The notes under the pieces are model-generated. The model did not search any database. It was given only the letters and a program-made list of their open reading frames with translations, and had not been told where the DNA came from. A stretch of 46,124 nt of DNA, from IMG/VR virus record IMGVR_UViG_3300042914_001187, positions 1 through 46,124 of that record. One strand, given 5' to 3'. A program made the translations under genes and the position numbers. Within the stretch, counting starts at the first letter, position 1; the number at the start of each line of letters is the position of its first letter. The stretch comes from a virus. Taxonomy: Duplodnaviria > Caudoviricetes. Of this stretch, positions 41,346-46,124 are shown piece after piece.

Positions 41346-41843
41346 TTACTCGTACAAAATGTTGATGGTGCCAGCGTCGAAGGTGTCAGTGCCGTTGACG
41401 GTTGTAAGGCGAACGCGGTCGAGGGTGCCGGAAAGAGATACAGAACCACAAGATGATGTAACATCGTTTGACCCGCCACCACCACCAGCAATACCCATTG
41501 CAACATAATTATTGGTCGAAATGTTAGTTATAACGACATTCCCACGCAGAGCATTAGTCGCATCGCCACGATAACTTGTATAAAAACCTGATGTTATTGT
41601 TCCGCTTAAACCGTTTGTTGAAAAGAAAGAACCATAACCACTAGTTGTAACAGAGCCTGAACCAATTTGTACTTGAATAAGACTCGATCCATTAGTAGAT
41701 ACACCACTAAGCATCACCGTGATGCGCTTGACCCACGACGGGATGCCGGTGAAATCAATCGACGTACCAGACGTTGAAGCCACGGCTGTGCCGGAGTAAA
41801 TAACCCCTGTTGTGCTTTTGGACGTAATGGTACTGATTGGCAT
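41346..41843 (-). CDS. Tail-associated beta-rich protein
   Basis: SIDFTGIPSWVKRIT, FDAGTINILYE. Confidence 0.7.
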   Translation of the reverse strand: MPISTITSKSTTGVIYSGTAVASTSGTSIDFTGIPSWVKRITVMLSGVSTNGSSLIQVQIGSGSVTTSGYGSFFSTNGLSGTITSGFYTSYRGDATNALRGNVVITNISTNNYVAMGIAGGGGGSNDVTSSCGSVSLSGTLDRVRLTTVNGTDTFDAGTINILYE

Positions 41844-41846
41844 GGC

Positions 41847-42080
41847 TTACCTTTGAGGCATTGCGGCCTTGATCTCATCCACAGTTGCTGCGGCGTCGAT
41901 GGCGGTTTGCATCTGGGCGTATTTGTCCCGAATCTTCTGGCGCTCTGCCTCTGCCCCCTGTGCCTGACCGGGGATTTGTTTGGCGATAGCGTCATCAAAC
42001 GGTTTGAACTCTTCAGCCCGTGCTGCACGGCGCACATCATGCGCGATGGTCTTGGCCTTGTTGATGTTGATGGTGATCAT
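41847..42080 (-). CDS. Small tail assembly-like protein
   Basis: MITINI.KAK.I.H..RR..R. Confidence 0.65.
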   Translation of the reverse strand: MITININKAKTIAHDVRRAARAEEFKPFDDAIAKQIPGQAQGAEAERQKIRDKYAQMQTAIDAAATVDEIKAAMPQR

Positions 42081-42083
42081 GGT

Positions 42084-42275
42084 TTACTCCTGAAATTCCC
42101 ACGCCGACCTGAAAAGTCGGTCTGATGGGATGTCATTGACAGACACAATCTTGTACGGCTTGCCTGCCGGTACGTCTTTGGCCGCAATTGCTTGGATGCT
42201 CAGGCCACACTCAGGTGCCGGAACAATAACGGCCACTCCGCCGTCGTCGGTTGGATAAATAATCCTCTGGTTCAT
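42084..42275 (-). CDS. Small tail assembly-like protein
   Basis: AKDVP.G.PY.IV...DIP.DR.FR.AW. Confidence 0.7.
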   Translation of the reverse strand: MNQRIIYPTDDGGVAVIVPAPECGLSIQAIAAKDVPAGKPYKIVSVNDIPSDRLFRSAWEFQE

Positions 42276-42288
42276 GGTTTACTCCTTG

Positions 42289-42678
42289 TTAACGGAAGAC
42301 GGAAACATTAAAGGTGAGTGGGTCTTCAGCGGCTGCCGCTGCTTCTACAAAAGTTATAAACCTGAAAGACGTTGTGGCCGAATCGTATGTCGCGGTGTTG
42401 GCTTGAGAAAGGCCGACAGGTCTTTGTGTTGCACTGTTTCTGCGCCCGGTACCAAAGTATGAATAGTTCACATCCGCCAAAGCCGTGGTGAAATTAACGG
42501 TGTAATCGCCCGTGCCATTGTCAGTGATGCTTGTGACATTAAAACTTGCCCGGATGGCGACCGTGCCTGTGCCGTTGAAATTAACCCATGCCTTGGCGCT
42601 GCCGTTGACGACAGTGTTTACAGGAACCGTTGCCGTTCCGTCCAGCGTGCTCAGTGTCGTTGTTTTGATGGTTGACAT
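42289..42678 (-). CDS. AWVNFNG-domain tail module (copy 2)
   Basis: AKAWVNFNGTGTVAIRASFNVTSITDNGTGDY. Confidence 0.75.
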   Translation of the reverse strand: MSTIKTTTLSTLDGTATVPVNTVVNGSAKAWVNFNGTGTVAIRASFNVTSITDNGTGDYTVNFTTALADVNYSYFGTGRRNSATQRPVGLSQANTATYDSATTSFRFITFVEAAAAAEDPLTFNVSVFR

Positions 42679-42687
42679 GGCTGGGCC

Positions 42688-43038
42688 TTAACGGTGGATG
42701 GCAAGCATTACATAAGCTGAGTCTTCTGCGCTGCCCCCGCTTTCAACTGTGCTTATCTGCAATGACCCCGTATTAAAAGCAATAAATTGAATCGTTCTGG
42801 GGTTATTGGTGACGTTTAACTGTACGTCGGAAATACCTACTGGGCAGTAATTAACATCTGGCATCGCCGTTGTGAAGTTAAGCGTGTAGTTTCCAGTACC
42901 GTTGTCGGTGATCGAACTCACGTTCCCGCTGGCGCGGATGGCCACGGTTCCGGTTCCGTTGAAGTTGACCCACGCCTTGGCGGTGTAGACCTCTACGCCC
43001 GCGAGGTTCTGGATGGTCGTTACTTTGATCGTGCTCAT
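42688..43038 (-). CDS. AWVNFNG-domain tail module (copy 1)
   Basis: TAATG-overlap start MSTIKV plus the domain. Confidence 0.75.
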   Translation of the reverse strand: MSTIKVTTIQNLAGVEVYTAKAWVNFNGTGTVAIRASGNVSSITDNGTGNYTLNFTTAMPDVNYCPVGISDVQLNVTNNPRTIQFIAFNTGSLQISTVESGGSAEDSAYVMLAIHR

Positions 43039-43487
43039 TACACCACCGTCCAATTTGTGCCCGTGGACACCGTCACCGTCACACCCGTTGCAACCGCCAC
43101 AGGACCGGCAGACATGGCGTTATACCCATCTGGCGTGGTGTAGCTGGTCACAATGGTCTGCGGGTTGATGTAGAAACTGATGACCCCAAGGGATGCCTGA
43201 CTCACTGTGCCCTGCCCAGGCGCAATTAACTGGACAATCGGGCTGGTGTAGTAGACGTAGATGTTGCCTGTTCCGCTGGGCGGCGCAGATGTAAACGTGA
43301 TGGTCTGGCCGCTGATGGTGTAGGCACTGCCGGGGTTCTGCGGCACGTTCTCAATGACAGCCTGCACACCAAAGACCGATCCCACCGGGCGCGACAGCGT
43401 AAACGCCGTGGTGGTCCCGTCGCCGTTGAAGTAGTCAACAGCAGGAACGAATCCTTGCGTGGTGTAGGTGTTGCCAATAAAAGCCAT
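43038..43487 (-). CDS. Tail-associated protein
   Basis: FIGN, FNGDGTTTAFTL, NAMSAGP...WTVV. Confidence 0.7.
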   Translation of the reverse strand: MAFIGNTYTTQGFVPAVDYFNGDGTTTAFTLSRPVGSVFGVQAVIENVPQNPGSAYTISGQTITFTSAPPSGTGNIYVYYTSPIVQLIAPGQGTVSQASLGVISFYINPQTIVTSYTTPDGYNAMSAGPVAVATGVTVTVSTGTNWTVV

Positions 43488-43488
43488 C

Positions 43489-43812
43489 TCAGACCGCCGT
43501 CAAAACCGAAACAACCACATCCGCAGAGCTTGCGGCGCTGGTCAATACCTTCAGGGCATCAGAGGCAATCAGCACCACCCGGTTGCCACCAATCACCTCC
43601 AGCGAACCGCCGACAGGAATCGTTGCCGCCTTGACCAAATAATAGTCTGCGGCAGAGCGGGTGAAGTACACATCGGTGGTGATTGGCGATGTTGTCGTGT
43701 TGGCCACCACCAAGCTGGTGATAGCGATAGTTCCGCTGGAGACGGTTGTAAGCGTAGACGCCGATGTGCCGACGTTCCTTGCCACATAAGAAGTGTTTGC
43801 GTATGTAGGCAT
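43489..43812 (-). CDS. Small beta-rich virion protein
   Basis: IPVGGSLE...L...DALKV. Confidence 0.65.
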   Translation of the reverse strand: MPTYANTSYVARNVGTSASTLTTVSSGTIAITSLVVANTTTSPITTDVYFTRSAADYYLVKAATIPVGGSLEVIGGNRVVLIASDALKVLTSAASSADVVVSVLTAV

Positions 43813-43813
43813 A

Positions 43814-44896
43814 TCAACTCATCATTGTTGCTAAAAAGAGGGCTTCGTCATTTGTTGCAAATGACGCTGGTGATGATGCCCACCCAGTCCCTGTGGATGT
43901 AAGAAGATTACCCGCCGTGCCGGGTGAAGTCAAACCCGTACCGCCAGCCGCAGCAGGCAAAGTTCCAGCGGTCAACGCCGAGGCGCTGGTTGAGTACAGG
44001 GCGTAGTTTGCCGCAGTAAATGTGGTCAGGCCGGTGCCGCCGTACCCTGGCTGGATTGTGCCGCCTTGCCAAGTGCCACCGGAGATGACCGCCGAGCCAA
44101 GATTGAAGGCGTTTGTGCCAAACGTCACGCCCTCTGGCAGATAGGCGTGGAGGTCCCAAGTGCCACCCGTCGTGCCGTTGTTCGTCAAAAATACCGCGCC
44201 TGCACCGCCCGAAGGGATGGTGCCAATCGTGGCAGTGGCGTAGTCCGTGATGGTCAGGGTGCTCGTGGCGAGGTTGTTGAACACAAACGCCACACCCGTC
44301 GTCAGAGTGGTGGCGTCAGGCAGTGCATACGTCTGCCCACCCGTCCCAACAAGGGTTTGAATGTAGCTGGAAGCCGCCGTCAGGGCTGTGGTCCCACCTG
44401 CTGCGGTTGTGTTGGTGTTGGCCTGATTGACCCGATTGACCGTGATGTTGGAATTGGCGTCCCGAAGCACCACCGAGTTGGCCCCGGAGGAGGATGTGAC
44501 CCCCGTACCGCCGTACGCCACAGCAATAGTTGATCCTTGCCATGTGCCAGAGGCTACAGTCCCCAGGGCCGAGACGTTGCCGCTTCCATCGAGATTGACC
44601 GACCGCCCAGACGGGTAGGTCACAAAGACGCTAACTACCCCAGAGAAAGTGACGGCACTGCCTGTGTTGCTGGACGCATAGATTGTCGTGCGCGTCAGCG
44701 TGGGTCCCGTGGTCGAATACGTGCCAAGGCCCACCTCCCACTGACCCGTCGTATCTGTAGCCGAGTAGTAGGTGGTGTTGGTGTCGCCAATGATGGCGAA
44801 CGTCTGAAAGCCAAGAACCGCGCCCGTAAGCGTGAAGCTTACAGTCGTATTCGCCGTGGCCGTTTCTTGGACACGGTTTGCAAGGACCAGAGGCAT
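43814..44896 (-). CDS. Tail fibre-like protein
   Basis: LANRVQET, WEVGLGTY, repeated GTWQG..I...YGGTG. Confidence 0.7.
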   Translation of the reverse strand: MPLVLANRVQETATANTTVSFTLTGAVLGFQTFAIIGDTNTTYYSATDTTGQWEVGLGTYSTTGPTLTRTTIYASSNTGSAVTFSGVVSVFVTYPSGRSVNLDGSGNVSALGTVASGTWQGSTIAVAYGGTGVTSSSGANSVVLRDANSNITVNRVNQANTNTTAAGGTTALTAASSYIQTLVGTGGQTYALPDATTLTTGVAFVFNNLATSTLTITDYATATIGTIPSGGAGAVFLTNNGTTGGTWDLHAYLPEGVTFGTNAFNLGSAVISGGTWQGGTIQPGYGGTGLTTFTAANYALYSTSASALTAGTLPAAAGGTGLTSPGTAGNLLTSTGTGWASSPASFATNDEALFLATMMS

Positions 44897-44908
44897 CTAA
44901 ACCCCCTA

Positions 44909-45514
44909 TTAACTCGTCGCGGTGGTCGAGTAGGTAACCGAAACCGTGTCGCCTGCGGTCGTGACCTTGGCAGTGGCAAACGCGCCTGCGCTGTACAGCG
45001 TACCAGAGGTGTTGCCTTGAGTCGAAGACGCGCCAGAGCCGGTCACCAGGAAACAGCCGCCAACCGTACCGCCGCCACCCGTGATGGTGTAGGTAATTGC
45101 CGATGCGGTTTTGGTCGTCACGTTGGTGGGCGTAGAGCCAGTAGAAGTAGCCGCGCTAAACGATGCGGTGCCCCGGACAGCCGAACCACCAACGGTGTAG
45201 TTGGTGAACTCCGTCCAGCCGCCGTGCGATGCCATCGTGTCAGAAGCAGAGAACGTCGGGCTTGCACCAGAGATCAAACCAAGGAACGGGCCGACCGTGG
45301 TGTAAGAGGTGCCAGACAGCAGGGTGTCAAGCATAAGTTCTTTGCCAATTGCATTGACCAGATTGGGGAACTGATCTTCCCACTTGATGTTGCCATCGGC
45401 ATCGCGGCAAACCACATGGTAGTGGCCCTCAATACCAACAGACTCCGCGCCAGCCACATTCGACTGCATAGTCACTTCAGCGTGGTCACCGAAGTTGGAA
45501 AGTTCTTTCTGCAT
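44909..45514 (-). CDS. Virion structural protein
   Basis: W.D..PNLV...GK, Thr/Gly-rich; AAGGAG SD. Confidence 0.65.
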   Translation of the reverse strand: MQKELSNFGDHAEVTMQSNVAGAESVGIEGHYHVVCRDADGNIKWEDQFPNLVNAIGKELMLDTLLSGTSYTTVGPFLGLISGASPTFSASDTMASHGGWTEFTNYTVGGSAVRGTASFSAATSTGSTPTNVTTKTASAITYTITGGGGTVGGCFLVTGSGASSTQGNTSGTLYSAGAFATAKVTTAGDTVSVTYSTTATS

Positions 45515-45523
45515 GATGACTCC

Positions 45524-45946
45524 TTAAACAAGTCTGATTAGGGCAGAGGTGCTCGTGTTGGCGGGCATCTGCACGGTGAAAGTGGTGGTTGAGGTTTTGT
45601 CAGACCCGAAGTCCAACACGCACACAGCGCCGTTGTCACCCGGCGTGTAGATCAATGCACCACGCGCTGTAATCGCCCCCGTCCATGCTGGAGAGGAGAA
45701 GTTGACGTACGTGATGCTGCCGCTGGCTGTGTCCTGGCTTGCGATGGTGGCGGTCACAACCAAACCCCCTGCGACATAGTTGCCGCCAGAGGCTTCTCCG
45801 GTAGTGGTGTACGCCGTGGTGGTCTGATCCAGCGTGGCTGAGTTGGTGTACAGCGCCAGATAGAACGTGTCCGAGGCGAAGTTGATCGTGCCGCTGGCAA
45901 GCCCCGACCGCAGCGTGTTGCAGGAGTAGTTACCGGTAAAGGCCAC
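45524..45946 (-). CDS. Virion structural protein
   Basis: F.LALYT..A.L...TT.Y, ARGALIY, VLDFGSDK. Confidence 0.7.
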   Translation of the reverse strand: MAFTGNYSCNTLRSGLASGTINFASDTFYLALYTNSATLDQTTTAYTTTGEASGGNYVAGGLVVTATIASQDTASGSITYVNFSSPAWTGAITARGALIYTPGDNGAVCVLDFGSDKTSTTTFTVQMPANTSTSALIRLV

Positions 45947-46123
45947 TCAGATCACCTCAAAACTGTTTGCTTTGCGCACATTGTCTATCCAAGGTATCAC
46001 TTGAATATTGTTTGGCACATGCAAGCCAGAGACCATCTCACCTTGTAGCGGGATGATGTGGTCTACATGCCACGGAAACCCAAACATTTTGGTGCGCAAC
46101 ACGGCCAAATTGTACGCCTCTTT
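45947..46123 (-). CDS. HNH homing endonuclease (3' part, truncated by the window edge)
   Basis: Hand-translated: WHVDHIIPLQGEMVSGLHVPNNIQVIP...N..K.N. Confidence 0.8.
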   Translation of the reverse strand, partial: KEAYNLAVLRTKMFGFPWHVDHIIPLQGEMVSGLHVPNNIQVIPWIDNVRKANSFEVI

Positions 46124-46124
46124 C

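Noticed and set aside
39457-43038. Diversity-generating retroelement or invertible shufflon
   Set aside because: No reverse transcriptase or recombinase in the window, all copies share one orientation, and differences are not adenine-specific.
1-46124. Stop-codon reassignment
   Set aside because: Genes are intact and densely packed under the standard code, and TAG terminates genes at 9572 and 35484.

Overview
This window is most of a tailed dsDNA phage genome (Caudoviricetes, podovirus-like injection module, moderately GC-rich; a betaproteobacterial host is a guess). Layout: terminase small subunit (-) and a divergent control region with eight DnaA boxes and a strong sigma70 promoter; an early operon (+, 1.4-7.4 kb) with a structured leader, a complete hammerhead ribozyme, a DUF6011-type gene and an SprT-like peptidase / MoxR AAA+ / VWA module; a replication operon (-) with a T7 gp4/Twinkle-like primase-helicase and an HNH gene, preceded by about 1 kb of structured RNAs (C4-like and c4-2-like RNAs, an attenuator-like leader, an unassigned multi-hairpin element, an sRNA); a recombination operon (+) with RusA divergent, a PD-(D/E)XK exonuclease, a Sak3/DUF1071-like annealase, an SSB-like protein and many small genes; and a late region (-) with a 2851-aa polyvalent effector protein, injection proteins, a GNAT, tail, lysis genes and an array of paralogous tail/receptor-binding modules. 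TerL, portal, capsid, DNA polymerase and integrase are not seen in the window. The strongest unexplained signals are (1) 22 exact copies of the palindrome GTTTAAAC, all within 138-25221, sitting at promoters and forced into genes through rare codons; (2) a [K/R]-[L/F/Y]-S-L motif at each inferred domain boundary of the polyvalent protein; (3) the hammerhead, the DnaA-box cluster and the ncRNAs. Family names are from motif recognition, not database searches, and counts were made by eye.
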